Source of the DNA: Octopus bimaculoides | Lineage: Eukaryota | Assembly (NCBI RefSeq): GCF_001194135.2 | Contig: NC_068981.1 | Location: 160,949,125-161,013,124, forward strand | DNA: 64,000 nt | Direction of reading: 5' to 3' | Shown here: one piece after another, positions 37,781 through 50,912 of the stretch | How positions within the stretch are numbered: position 1 is the first letter of the stretch | Layout of the letters: each line of letters opens with the position of its first letter | Position numbers and translations under genes: made by a program | The notes under the pieces: generated by a model | Told to the model about the DNA's origin: nothing | Database searches by the model: none | The model's input: only the letters and a program-made list of their open reading frames with translations

Positions 37781-40032
37781 ATGTCTGCCATGAGCATCTC
37801 CTCACTTTCTAGGAAAACTTGTCTACCCTGGCTTGTGCAAAATATTCTTGCCTATCTTTGTTATTCATATTTTGACTTATTTCTTGACTAACAATTCCCA
37901 TTCTTTCCCTATTATCTCCAGTGTTGTTGTTTATCATATGACACCTAGCTCCATTTCTTGCACTAATTTCATTCCTTTCCTTCTGAATTAATGCTTTCCA
38001 TCATTCCTGATTTTCCTCTCTTTATTCCTGATTCTTATTTCTTCTTTTTGCCCTATTCCCAATGTTTGCCTGTATCATTTCTGCCACTCCTGATTCAATT
38101 TTTGCTGTCATGCTCTATGATCATTGTCTCCTGCAACACACTGAACTCCATTTCCATAATAAAATAATGTAAGGAACACTTCATATTGTACAGTTGATAG
38201 CACCAATATCCAGCATTTGTTGTTACACATATTTTATGAAGAAACTAAGGAACAAGGAAAAACTCTGTATCCAGGACAGACTATTACTTACTTTACTTTT
38301 TTACTTTTACTTATTTGAGTCAATTGACTGCGGCCATGCTGGAGCACCACATTTAGTCAAACAAATCGACCCCAGGACTTATTCTTTGTAAGCCTAGTAC
38401 TTATTCTATCAGTCTCGTGTGCCAAAGTGCTAAGTTACAGGGACGTAAACACACCAACACCAGTTGTCAAGTGATGGTGGGGGACAAACACAGGCACACA
38501 CACACAAACATATACATACATACATATATATATATGACGGGCTTCTTTCAGTTTCCGTCTACCAAATCCACTCACAAGGCTTTGGTCGGCCCGAGGCTAT
38601 AGTAGAAGATACTTGTCCAAGGCGCCACGCAGTGGGACTGAACCTACTTACCACACTCCTGCATCTACACAAATTTTTATGAGGAAAGTTAGGAACATGA
38701 TTAATTATTGATAATAGAATAGATGACATAGATGTTCAATCTTCATAACAGTAACTTGGTCTAAGATGCATACATTAAATCATCAGGTAAATAGTGAGAG
38801 AGAAAGCGTTTGTCTAAGACAAACACTACTGGCATGTGTGCACGTACAAACACTAATGGTGTGAACTTATGTAAACATCCTCCCCCATTTTCTTATATAC
38901 ACATGTACACACACAGCTAATTGTCATTTGTGTGTGTGCATACCAATAACATCCATGTGTGTATATGAGTGTGCGTATATATATATATATGCATGTGCCA
39001 GTAGTGTTCATTTGAGTCTTTCTCTCTGTATTGCACACACACATTTCTATCACCTCCTTTCCACAGCATAACAAATTTTTTACACTACAAGAATCTATCA
39101 TTAGCACTTTAATATAATAAATAGTATGAAATTTTTCACCAAGATTCTCTTCCTATCAATAACCACTGTGGTAGTGTAGGCCAGTCGAATGTATTCATTG
39201 TAATACCAGCTATTTTCCTAGATATGAATACATTTTTTTTATCCAATGTCAGTTCAGAATGACATGAATATAATAGACTGAGTATGTTTATTATGTACAC
39301 CAGAACAATGGAAGAGACATTACTTTCACACAACTAAACCCTTCTGGACATTTTTTTTTTGTTATTTAAGATAATTTTATGTCAGATAAGAAGATACCAA
39401 TGCCAATTTTTTTAATACAATGATTTATTTTGTCACCAAGTCACCTTTGGAAATTTTGTGGCACCATTGCCCTAGATATGATACAGAAAAATTAAGTTTT
39501 TCTGTAGTATTAGTCAGATCTGTGGAAGCCATGAATCTCTAATCTACATCAATAGATAGGGTTGCCTTTACATCATTATAGACCCCAGAGTAAAGCAATG
39601 CACTGGGGCTTACAAAGTGTCAGGCTTACAATCATAAGGTTTGATTCCTGGACTGGGTTGTGTGTTGTATTCTTGAGTAAGACATTTTATTTCATGTTGC
39701 TCTAGAAATGAATTGTGTAGAAATGACTTGTGACATCACTGGTGCCAAGCTGTATTGGCATTTTCCTTTCTCTTGGACAACATTGATGGCTTGCAGAGGG
39801 GAGACTGGTATGCATGGGCCGCTACTGGTCTTCCGCAAACAACTTGCCTGAATTTGTGCCTTTGAGGGGAACTTTCTAGGTGCAACGCCATGATGATTTC
39901 GTGACTGTAGGGGATCTTTTATAGTTTTTGTGAAATATTGTCTGGTATATATAAATATTTTTAAATATTCCTTTAAAACCAAAACAATGCAAGTTATAAA
40001 AATTAATAATACAGGCTAATGGTTTATAGTAT

Positions 40033-40845
40033 TACCTGTTATTTCAATTTTTGAGTGTTAGGACCCCTTCTTTTGGAAATTTACAGAGAAAAGGCATTGA
40101 TAGCTGATTTCTCTGCTCTGTGGTGTATGTGTATGAAAGGTTGGTTTGCCACTCAGCTGCATGCAGGTCATATCTGTTATAAATTAACAGGCTGTGCTCT
40201 TTTATTTTCAAGTTTCCAGTGGTACTTCCTTTATAGAATTCTTTACATTTATTACATGTGATTTTATACACCATGTAGGGTCGCAGACATATGTTTCCAT
40301 CTTTAATCGGGTAGTTGGGTAATGTACATATGGTGTGGTTTAGACTTGGCCAGTTTTTAGTTAGGATCTTTTTTGAGGAATGTCTGGAGTGTACCAGTCA
40401 TATATTCAATCTCTCCTTAGGATTGTAGCAGTTGTGTTTTTTTTTTTGTCACTCTAAAGTGGCTGTTTCAAGAAACATATTATCCTTGTATGTGTGGGTT
40501 TTGTTAGGTGGTACTCTTGATGTCCTGGCTTCTCATGAAAAAGTGTGGATAGCCAGTCTCCATCAGGGCTCTTTGGAATTTTATGGTGTTGGTGTTTCTG
40601 CTTTCTGTTTTGCTGCATTTATTGCATATCCTGTGATTCTCATATCTAATGTAGGCGATCTTAGCTCTGGTGGGCAAGGATGAATTATGATATACAAACA
40701 GGTACCCAGCATACTGCTTTTCTATAAAAGTTAGTGGAGATGGATCCATACTCTATGATTTTGAGTTCAAAATCAAGCAGGGATAAGGAACCAGTGTTAT
40801 TAGGGTGTTCCAAATTTTATATGTTCATTGATATTGTTAAATGTA
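40033..40845 (-). mobile_element. PLE fragment (thumb, GIY-YIG, 3' end), left arm of an inverted pair
   Basis: EHPNNTGSLSLLDFEL, ALMETGYP and MVYKITCNKCKEFYKGSTT on the minus strand. Confidence 0.75.
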
Positions 40846-41763
40846 TTGTTTATTTTAATGGCCATTATAATGGACAGTTTCTCCAGTTTAAGGAGTCCAT
40901 TTACAAACAAATCTCTGGACTGCCAATGGGTTGAAGCTTGTCAGGCCTACTGACCACCATTTATATGGATCAGTTAGAATGCAGGGCACTAAATGGCTGT
41001 CACTCATGTACTTTTTCACCAGATATGTAAATGACATCCTCATATTAACATCGTCTTCTGAAGAGGCTGTTCAGACAGACATGTAATATGTTCAGCAATA
41101 TTGATGAACAAATGAAATTTGAAGTGGAGCATCCCAATAACACTGGTTCCTTATCTCTGCTTGATTCTGCACCCCAGATCACAGGGAATGGATTCATCTC
41201 CACTAACAGATACATTTTAATGACAAAACAACTGCTGCAATCTGCTGTGCAACCCATAAAGAGGGACTGAATATACAACTGGCACACTCCAGTTGTATGT
41301 TCAATCAGGCCAAGACAAAACAACATCCTATGTACATTGCTCAACTGCCTGATCAAAGTTGAAAATATGTCTGCTATTCTTCATGGTATATATAATCACG
41401 TGTAACAAAAGTAATTAATTCTATATCAGAAATACCATTAGACAGGTTTGCATACAGTCTAAAGAAAACCTCTATTCTAATGCTTCTTCCATCAAAAAAA
41501 TACCTATGGAAATGCCACACCCAAGACATTCAAGTTTCTATTGAAACCATAGACAGAAACATTGGGAACTTGAGAATAAAAGAAACTATTTTGATTAACA
41601 AGTACAGCCTGCTAATTAATAAGTTTTGAACAGCATGCAACTCATTAGATACTATAGCAATACAAAATAATCCCTCTACACACACTATAGAGCAGAAAAA
41701 GCAGCTATCAACTTCTTTACTTTGAAAATTTCCTAAAGAACCCTGAAATATTGAAATACCAGG
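40846..41763 (+). mobile_element. PLE fragment (RT, thumb, EN remnant, 3' end), right arm of an inverted pair
   Basis: FKESIYKQISGLPMG, RYVND at 41021-41035 (YVDD with D to N), KFEVEHPNNTGSLSLLD, MVYIITCNK. Confidence 0.8.
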
Positions 41764-42081
41764 TAATAGTACTAACCATCGACCTGTTTTATTAATTTTT
41801 AATTACTTGTATTGTTTTGGCTTCAAGAAAAATTTTAAAACATAATATATATATATATATCATCATCATCATCATCATCATCATCGTTTAACGTCCGCTT
41901 TCCATGCTAGCATGGGTTGGACGATTTGACTGAGGACTGGTGAAACCGGATGGGAACACCAGGCTCCAGTCTGATTTGGCAGAGTTTCTACAGCTGGATG
42001 CCCTTCCTAACGCCAACCACTCAGAGAGTGTAGTGGGTGCTTTTACGTGTCACCCGCACGAAAACGGCCACACTCGAAATG

Positions 42082-42113
<32 letters not shown>

Positions 42114-42209
42114 TTGATAAGTGCCAATGCATGAAACTCTCGGTCATTTATTAATAAAAATATATATACTCATGTTTTGTGGTCTATTTTTCATGTTTGC
42201 ACCATCAAG

Positions 42210-42313
<104 letters not shown>

Positions 42314-42929
42314 TGTATAGATATATATAAATACACACACATATGCTTCCTTGTTTTTGATATCTGATAGTTATAAACAAGTTATAAATGAGTACTACTG
42401 TCATATAAGAAGTGTTCTTCCTTTCTAGTCTTTTGTGTAAACATGTCCAGAGGAAATGTTACCAAACTTGGCAACAGGTGACGGTTGGTGACAGGAAGTG
42501 CATCCTTCCAGCTGTAGAAAATCTTACCCATGCAAGCATGGTAAAATGGACGTTGAAATGACGACAGTGTTGGTATATAATGTCTGTCTGAGATATAGTT
42601 AATATTGTTATTATACAGACTATAAATCTCTCTGAAATTTGAGGTCTGAAACTTATAATCTCCTTACATTCTATCTATTATTGCTATTACTACTGGTCAA
42701 ATGCATGTCATTGCTACTCAGGCTGAGCTGATTTTCACATCTTGTCTCCTCTTGACCCCATATTGTATTCTCCCTCTTCAGTTCTATCATTCAATGCTGT
42801 TTCATGGCCTTCTTTCACAGAACATAAGCCCTTGTGAATTTCCTTCCTTTGTTAGTCTCAATTTCATCAACGTCACATGCCTATCCCTTTAAGCCAAACC
42901 AGTATATGTATATATATATATGTATCGTC

Positions 42930-43345
42930 AATATCAATGTCAGTTTCTATACAAGCATAGAAAGTAGACAGTTGGGTGCCCTTCCTGTTGCCAACCCTAA
43001 TGTGTTTCCAAGCAAGGTAGTACTTCCCCATGGTCAGACATATTTTCACAAAATAATGGAAATGAATGACATTGCTTGTGTGACAGTGACACTCATTTAC
43101 AACTATCATATGAGGTCAAGACAAGGAGACATATACATACACATATGTATATACATATGCATATGCATACATATGCATACTATATATATGTATATATGAT
43201 AGACTTCTTTCAATTTCCGTCTACCAGATTCTCTCACAAGGCTTTAGTTGGCTTGAGGCTATAGCAGAAGACACTTGCCCAAGGTGCTGTGTTGTGGGGT
43301 TGAACCTGGGACCATGTGTTTGGGAAGCAAACTTCTCAATCATAA
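42930..43345 (-). mobile_element. family B SINE (same head as family A, different body with RTE-like tail)
   Basis: Head, (TA/TG)n, then ggggaa.ta.tacc.tgcttggaaac..ggaagggca...ccatgcaagc; plus-strand copy at about 6240-6625; body fragments at 29770-29960, 42430-42570, 49930-50190, 61640-61900. Confidence 0.7.
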
Positions 43346-43761
43346 GCTAAGCTTGTGCCTATATAAGTTTTTAAACATATACAAATATTTATATCTGTGA
43401 CATGGAAATATATTTTGTAATTTATTCTATACCACAGCTTAAAATTTTTAAAGGTGAATGAGCAAGAAAATTAAAATGGGACAATGATGGAGGAGACAGA
43501 CATTTTTGTATAATGTTTCACCAACAGTGCAAAGTATCAACAGTGTATACATAATTGGCATGTAAAATTGATATCATACAAAACATCTTTGCATGAAAAT
43601 TTCTTGTATAACATAACAGAGTATCAGCTTTCAAGAGAGCTATGGATTTAGATAGCATTCAGATTTATAAACTGCATTCTCAATAAATGACTTCTTGTTT
43701 ATCTTTTAAAGATTTCTTTAAAACCTGGTTGGGAATCAAGAAATATAAAGCATAAAATTAA

Positions 43762-43976
43762 CCCTTTAGCATTTAAACTGGACATATCCAGCCCAAATAT
43801 TCTACTGTTTTACATTCATAACTGACTTGACCCAGCCTCTCACTCCTATCCTATTCTGTCATTCTAAAAATAAACAATCATTGAAATCTTGAAGCTACAA
43901 GATAATGCATGATTAATTCAAAACAATATGAACAAATAAGCATCACATTTGACAGAGTAATTTGAAGGCTAAAGGG
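43762..43976. mobile_element. piggyBac-type MITE (second family)
   Basis: TTAA on both sides; perfect 9-bp TIR CCCTTTAGC/GCTAAAGGG; 215 bp. Confidence 0.8.
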
Positions 43977-44080
43977 TTAAAATAAAAAGAATATTATTTT
44001 CTTCATTTGTTTTATTGATTACTTGGATATTTTTAGACTGTTTTATGCTGATTTTTTTCTTTGTTTCCCTATATTTCTAG

Positions 44081-44195
44081 ATTGCTGGAATCTGAAGAGA
44101 AATGTCCTATGTGCAGTGAAACTATTTTAAGAAATGAACTCACTACAGTTACTGATCCTAAAATGTTTCTTCCAACATCGCAAGGCATTGAATAG
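44081..44195 (+). CDS. WDR19: WDR19 last coding exon (LLESEEKCPMCSETILRNELTTVTDPKMFLPTSQGIE*)
   Basis: tttctag acceptor; 115 nt ending in TAG; CPMC motif matches the WDR19 C-terminus. Confidence 0.95.
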
Positions 44196-44804
44196 GCTGC
44201 ACCACGATATCTTCTGTACATTAGTCCGTCCATCTTTAAGAAGTAATTGGTTAAGATAAAAATGTCTTCATCAGAAATTTCTCTAAAACAGACATCACAA
44301 TGCAGAGATTTATGTCATAAAAATTTGGCTCAAGAACCCTTTATTTAGAAAGAGGGCATATCCTATTTTTAAAATGAATGTTCATGCTGCATTTCTGGTT
44401 TAGTGTCTTTGACCAAAATGCTAGGTTCTCATATATTTATCAGTAAAGAATGGCATCTATAACTGATATGGCTTTCTTGAGTGAAAACTCATTAAAATTT
44501 AAAAATTTATTGGAATGGTGAAAACAAATATTTGAAAAGCTTTAAAAATATTAAGAATTGTTAATTTTTTTTTTTATTTCATCTGTCAAAAAGTAAATGT
44601 AAATCCAAACAAATTAAAACAAAAATATACTCTGAAAATGTTCATGTATTGTCAAATACTTTGCCACAAATTATCATGGGTGAAATGAAACTCACATACA
44701 CAATGTTTTGAGACAGTATATTTTCCTTTAATATTTGTTTTGTTTCAATTTCATTTCATTATATTCATTGTTCTTTCTTTTTGTTGATGTAAAAAATAAC
44801 TGAT

Positions 44805-44810
44805 AATAAA
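44805..44810 (+). promoter_or_regulatory. candidate WDR19 polyadenylation signal
   Basis: AATAAA about 610 nt after the stop, at the end of a TE-free AT-rich stretch and just before a SINE cluster. Confidence 0.45.
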
Positions 44811-44872
44811 TATATAACAGACATGTGTTGGTAAAATGCTTTGCAATATTTATATATTTATTCTGAATTTAG

Positions 44873-45430
44873 AGTGGTGAGCTGTCAGAATCATTAGCAC
44901 ACCAGTCAAAATGACTAGTGGTGTTTTGTCCATCCTTACATTCTGGGTTCAAATTCTGCTAAGGTCGACTTGGCCTTTCATTACTTCAGGGTCAATAAAA
45001 TAAGTACCAGTTGAGCACTGGGGTTGATGTAATCAACTTACTCTCTTCCCTGAACTTGCTGGCCTTGTACCGAAATTTGAAACTAATAATTGATCTGACT
45101 AAGGCAGTGAGCTGATAGAATTGTTAGCATGCTGAGCAAAATGCTTAGTAGAATTTCGTCTGTCTTTATGTCCTGGGTTCAAATTCTATTGAGGTTGACT
45201 TTGCCTTTCATCCTGTTGGGGTTGATAAAATAAGTACCAGTTGAACACAAGGGTTGATATAACTAACTTCTTCCCTCCCCCGAAATTGCTGGCCTTGTGC
45301 CAAAATTTTAAACCATTATTTATTCTGACTCTTTGCATTCTGTGTTCAAGTCCCATTAGGGTCAACTTTGCCTTACATCCTTCCAAGGTCAACAAAATAA
45401 GGTATCAGTTAAATACTGGAGTTAACAACT
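44873..45430 (+). mobile_element. tandem cluster of the same SINE (two full, one partial), tail type 2
   Basis: Central domain repeated three times; tail ggccttgtgccaaaattt; minus-strand copies at 12355-12545 and 29960-30180. Confidence 0.75.
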
Positions 45431-45519
45431 AATGCTTTTTTTTTTTTCAAAAATGCTAGCCTTATGTGACCAAAGCCTTGTGAATGGAATTGGTAGACGG
45501 AAAGTAAAAGAATCCCATC

Positions 45520-45572
<53 letters not shown>

Positions 45573-46005
45573 TCCCCCACCACCACTTGACAACCGATGT
45601 TGTGTTTACGTCCTTGTAACTTAGTGGTTTGGCAAAAGAGGCTGATAAAATAAGTACCAGGCCAAGAAAATTAAAATAGTACTGGGGTTGACTCATTTGA
45701 CTAAAAATTCTTTAAGCCATACTTACTAGTTGTATACAATGTCATATATCTATATAGTAATTTCAGAAGTGTAATTGCCAGGCATATGATTTGATCTAAA
45801 ACTGTGAATTGAAACTAAAACAAATACACTCAAATATTAACCGCAAAGGCAAAGTTTTTTTCTTTCAGGGGAAGCAACTCTGAAAAGAATTTTCTCCGGT
45901 TATCTTTCTTATTAAAGCTACCTTGAAATTTACAAAATACAAAAAATTATTATTTTTTTAATGTGTTTCCACAGGTGTAGAAATCATTGATAATTGGTCC
46001 GATCT

Positions 46006-46336
46006 CATTAGCTCTGCCTTAGCGAAGACGGAGGTATTGTTTTCAGATGTGTTTGTTTGTTTGTCCGTGGACAAGATATCTCAAGAACCGCTGGATGGAT
46101 TTGTATGAAACGTTCAGGGATGTTTGGCCTTGTGATTGGCATGAACTGATTAGATTTTGGGATCAATCTGGTGCCAGACAAGGATTCTGGATTATTTTTC
46201 CGGTGTTTTACTTAATGTTTTAGAGTGGTCGGGTTCATTTTTAGTATTCTCGTTTGTGAGAGCAGTCGAGTTTATTTCAGATGTTCACATTTTAAAATGC
46301 GTTGGCGGAAGTTTGCGCCCTCTGAGTGCTCTTGTT
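46006..46336 (+). mobile_element. Helentron-associated (HINE/DINE-1-like) non-autonomous element
   Basis: 5' hairpin ctctgccttagcgaagacggagg, (GTTT)n tract, 3' ggcggaag inverted copy and terminal gcgccctctgagtgc hairpin; architecture recalled from HINE-type elements. Confidence 0.55.
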
Positions 46337-46672
46337 AAATATATTATTGGTGTTTATAGAATATATTTTGTTTTATTGCCAACTGAATTGTTGTTGTGAA
46401 GCCATAAATCCACCCTAACCAAACAATATTCAAGTTCCTCCAACTTTCACATAAAGCCATTAGGTCTGTATTATTAAATATGTTGTTTATAGGCACAGGT
46501 GTGACTCTGTGGTTAAGAATCTTGCTTCCCAACCATGTGGTTTTGGGTTCAGTTCCTCTGTGTGGAACCTTGGAGAAGTGTCTTCTACTGTAACTCCAGG
46601 CCAACTATTGTCTTATGAATGAATTTGGTAGAAAGAAACTGAAAGAATCACATTGTTTATATGTGTGTGTGT

Positions 46673-46887
46673 TTACTCTTTTACTCTCTTTTACTTGTTT
46701 CAGTCATTTGACTGTGGCCATGCTGGAGCACCACCTTTAGTCGAGCAAATCGACCCTGGGACTTATTCTTTGTAAGCCTAGTACTTATTCTATTGGTTTC
46801 TTTTTGCTGAACTGCTAAGTGACGGGGACATAAACACACCAGCATCGGTTGTCAAGCAATGCTAGGAGGACAAACACAGACACACTA

Positions 46888-46918
<31 letters not shown>

Positions 46919-47088
46919 CATATATACGACGGGCTTCTTTCAGTTTCCATCTATCAAATCCACTCACAAGGCTTTGGTCGGCCGAGGCTATAGTAGAAGA
47001 CACTTGCCCAAGGTGCCACGCAGTGGGACTGAACCTGGAACCATGTGGTTGGTAAGCAAGCTACTTACCACACAGCCACTCCTGCGCC
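46673..47088 (-). mobile_element. family A SINE, young full-length copy
   Basis: Reverse complement starts ggcgcaggagtggctgtgtggtaag and retains many CpGs. Confidence 0.88.
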
Positions 47089-50000
47089 TATACATATATT
47101 CTTTTTTTTTCTTTTATTTGTTTTAAACTGTAGTCAAACTGGGATACCACCTTGAAGAACTTTTAGTTGAACAATTCAACTCCAGTACTTCTTTTTTTTA
47201 AGCCTTGTGCTTATTCCAGTGGTCTCTTTGCCGAACCACTAAGTTATGGGTACATTACTAACCAACACCAGTTGTAAAGTGGAGGACAAACAGACACAAT
47301 GATACACACTCACACACACACACATGCACATATAGATACAATGGGCTTCTTTCAGTTTCCATCGACCAGATTCACTCACAAGGCTTTGGTCAGCCTGAGG
47401 CTATACTAGAAGACATTCGCCCAAGGTACCATGCAGTGGGACTGAACCCAGAACCATGTAGTTGGGAAATGTATATATATATATATATATGTGTGCATGT
47501 GTATATCCTTGTCTAGATATCATGTGATGGTGTAAATGATCATTATTCCCATACAAATATGGTTGTTCATTTCCAGTCTTATTTGGAAACATGTCTAGCT
47601 GCAACAATTGACATGATGCTGAGAGATAAATCAGCATTAGAACTGAGAACAGGAAATGATAATGATCATCGTCATTTTCATCTCATCTTTCAGTACTGGC
47701 AGTATCCCTATTATCAACATCACTATTATCATAACTAATTATGATAGTAACTTCATCACACAAGCCTCTAAGGATGCTTCTTCCTAATCTCATGATCAGC
47801 TAGAAATAGTAGCCAAGTCTTCCATAAATTACACTCTTAGAAATGAGATGTTGGGTAATGTGGTACAGTGTTCCCTGTACATAAGAAAATGTTAGGATGG
47901 TCACATTTGGAATGCTTTTGATCATAGGCACAGGAGTGGCTGTGTGGTAAGTAGCTTGCTTATTAACCATATGGTTCTGGGTTCAATCCCACTGTGTGGC
48001 ATCTTGGGCAAGTGTCTTCCACTGTAGCCCCGGGCCGATCAAAGCCTTGTGAGTGGATTTGGTAGACGGAAACTGAAAGAAGCACGCTCACGTCGTATAT
48101 ATGTATATATATGAGTGTGTGTATGTTTGTGTGTCTGTGTTTGTCCCCCTAACACTGTAAAGTGGTTGGCATTAGGAAGGGCATTTGGATGTAGAAACCA
48201 TGCCAAATCAGATTGAAATCTGGTGCAGCTCCCCAGCTTGCTAGTTCTGGTCAAACTGCCCAACCCATGCCAGCATGGACAACGGGCATTGAATGATGAT
48301 AATTAAAAAAAACAGAATCAAAAGTCTTTCTTGAGCCATAGGCTCATAGGACTGGCTTCCCAGATTCTGAAGCATATATATTTCCCCTGGATGGGACACT
48401 GGTCCATTGCAGGGTTACTCATTTTTGCCAACAGAGTGGATTGGAGCAACATGAAATGAAGTGTTTTGCTCAAGAACACAATGAAATGCCTGATCTAGGA
48501 ATCAAAGCCCCAATCTTATGATTGTGAATGCAACATCCTAACTACTAAACCTTGCTCTTCCACAATAATAATATTTATTTAAACATTTGCCTCATGGAGG
48601 CAATGTGGCTGATGCCGATGCCGTGTAATAAGCACCATTTGAGCGTCGAGCCTCACAGAGGCAATCACAAATGGCCAAGACCTTTGGCATTATGCTATGT
48701 TTGAGAAGAAGACCCATTAAGCCGAGTGAAATTGTAGTCGTAGTAGATACTGGTATCATGCCACTGGCACCCATGCCGGTGGCACGTAAAAGCACCCATT
48801 ACATTCTCAGAGTGGTTGGCATTAGGAAGGGCATCCAGCCATAGAGACCATGCTGGAGTCTGGTGTAACCCCTCAGCTTGCCAGCACTGGTCAAACCATC
48901 CAATCCATACCAGCATGGACAACGGATGTTAAATGATGATAATAATAATAATATAACGTCGGGCCGACCAAAGCCTTGTGAGTGGATTTACTAGATGGAA
49001 ACTGAAAGAAGCCTGTTGTATATGTGTGTGTGTGTGTGTGTGTTTGAGTCTGTGTTTGTACCCCACCACTACTTGGCAATTGGTGTTGGTGTGTTTACAC
49101 AAGAGACCGATAGAACGAGTACCAGTCTTGAAAAAAAATGTACTGGGATTGATGCATTCAACTAAAAAAATTCTACAAGGCAGTGCCCCAGCATGGCCAC
49201 ACACTAATGATTGAAACAAGTAAAAGATAAAGATAAAAGATATTGAGTTCTTTCTCAATACTTTTCTTTGAAAACATCTATTTTTACTACTAAATCATGC
49301 AGCTTCACCGTTAAAACATTAATTTTTAATGGAAACTTCAATATATCATTACTTCATTAAAAATTATGCTAAAAATTACTCTAGTCATTTATAGAAACTT
49401 AGGAAACATTACAAGAATTACTTTTTGAATTTAATTACTTTCACTTTTAATTTTAAATGAAATATCCCTCTTCATGATATATCTAATTAATAAGTTACAG
49501 GTTAAATCACACTAAAGATTTCTAGAAAGAATGAATTAGTACTATACATGATTACCCCCAGATAGAAATTAAATATGTAAATTCTATGCCTCTTCTTACT
49601 CTTATTCCATAATTTCAAATTCAAATTTCTAATCCTGACTTGTGTTACGAGAGAATAGTTATTTCTGTTGTATTAATAGCCATAACCAGAAGGTACCACA
49701 TATGCTTATATAATTATTGAAAATTACCAAATGGTACATTTACTTCCCGAAATAGTTAATTGTTTTTTTTTTTCTTCTTTACTAAAATAAAGGGTTAACG
49801 CTGACAAACACCAGCTGCCACCACCCAAAGGTATTAGATTCTTAAAGGAAGATGATAAGGCCCTTAAGATGAAAGCAAGAACAAGGGACCCATTTTGTAT
49901 TTTGTATCCAACCTGCAAAAAGCCCATCATATTTACATGTGTGTATGTGTTTGTGCCTCCTGTTTTGACATCTCATGATAGTTGTAAATGAATTTCACCA

Positions 50001-50584
50001 TCACATAAGCAGTGCCATTTGTTTCCAGTCTTTCCTGAAAACATATCTAGTCATGAGGAAATAATACCTTGCTTGGAAACAAGTGAAGGTTGGCAACAGG
50101 AAAAGCATCCAGCTGTAGAAAAATCTATCACAATGAGTTCTGTCTGTCCCAGGCATGGAAAAGTGGATGATAGAATAATGATGATGATAAATAAAATAGT
50201 TTCAAATGGTAACAAGTAGTATCAATAGGATGGTTGTCTCTCTTTTGAAAATATATTTGTCTTCTACAGTTTTGTATCAGACCATTCATTGTAAGTTCTC
50301 TTTCAGTGATTTGAAATTTTAAAATGAATATTCAACAAAAAGACATAGAAATATTTTAAAATGTGTTAACTTCACAGGTATAAAAGAAAACCCAAGTAAA
50401 CAAGCCAATAAGGAAGCCTCAATGTGATCCTGGAAATAGTAACCAAGTCTACCTGAAACCATACCCTATGATCATAAAACAAAAAGAACATGTTAGATAA
50501 TGCTATTCCAGACAGTTCTAAAATGTCAAGCTGAGCTGGACTAAAATACTTCTGATCTGAGGGTAAAAAAAAGGTAAGGATAAA

Positions 50585-50912
50585 GACCACCTTCAGTCAT
50601 GAATGACCATGGGATTGCACCTAGTAAGTTCCCCTCTAGGGCACAAGTCCAGGAAAGATTGTTTGTAGAAGCCCAGCAGTTGCCCATGCATCCCACCCTC
50701 CCCTTCCCATGCCACCAATGTTATCCAAGGGAAAGGCAAAGGCTGATGCAGCTTGGTACCAGTGATGTTGCAACTCATTTCTACAGCCGAGTTAACTGGT
50801 GCATTGTGAAATAAAGTGTCTTGCTCCACTACACAACACACAACTTGGTCCAAGAATTGAACTCACAAGCTCTTTATTTTGAGCCCAGTGCTCTAACCAC
50901 TAAGCTGTGCAC
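50585..50912 (-). mobile_element. further tRNA SINE family (head plus gagcaagacactttatttcac domain)
   Basis: Colinear with the plus copy at about 39590-39918; head fragments at 21725-21880 and 48330-48560. Confidence 0.65.

Noticed and set aside
44262-44285. Hammerhead in the WDR19 3' UTR (CTGATGA on the minus strand; similar heptamers at 30578, 52499 and 52591)
   Set aside because: There is no stem II followed by GAAA, so these are chance heptamers.
49724-49930. Terminal exon of a convergent minus-strand gene
   Set aside because: The acceptor is weak and adjoins a SINE body, the peptide is unrecognised and no in-phase upstream exon was found.
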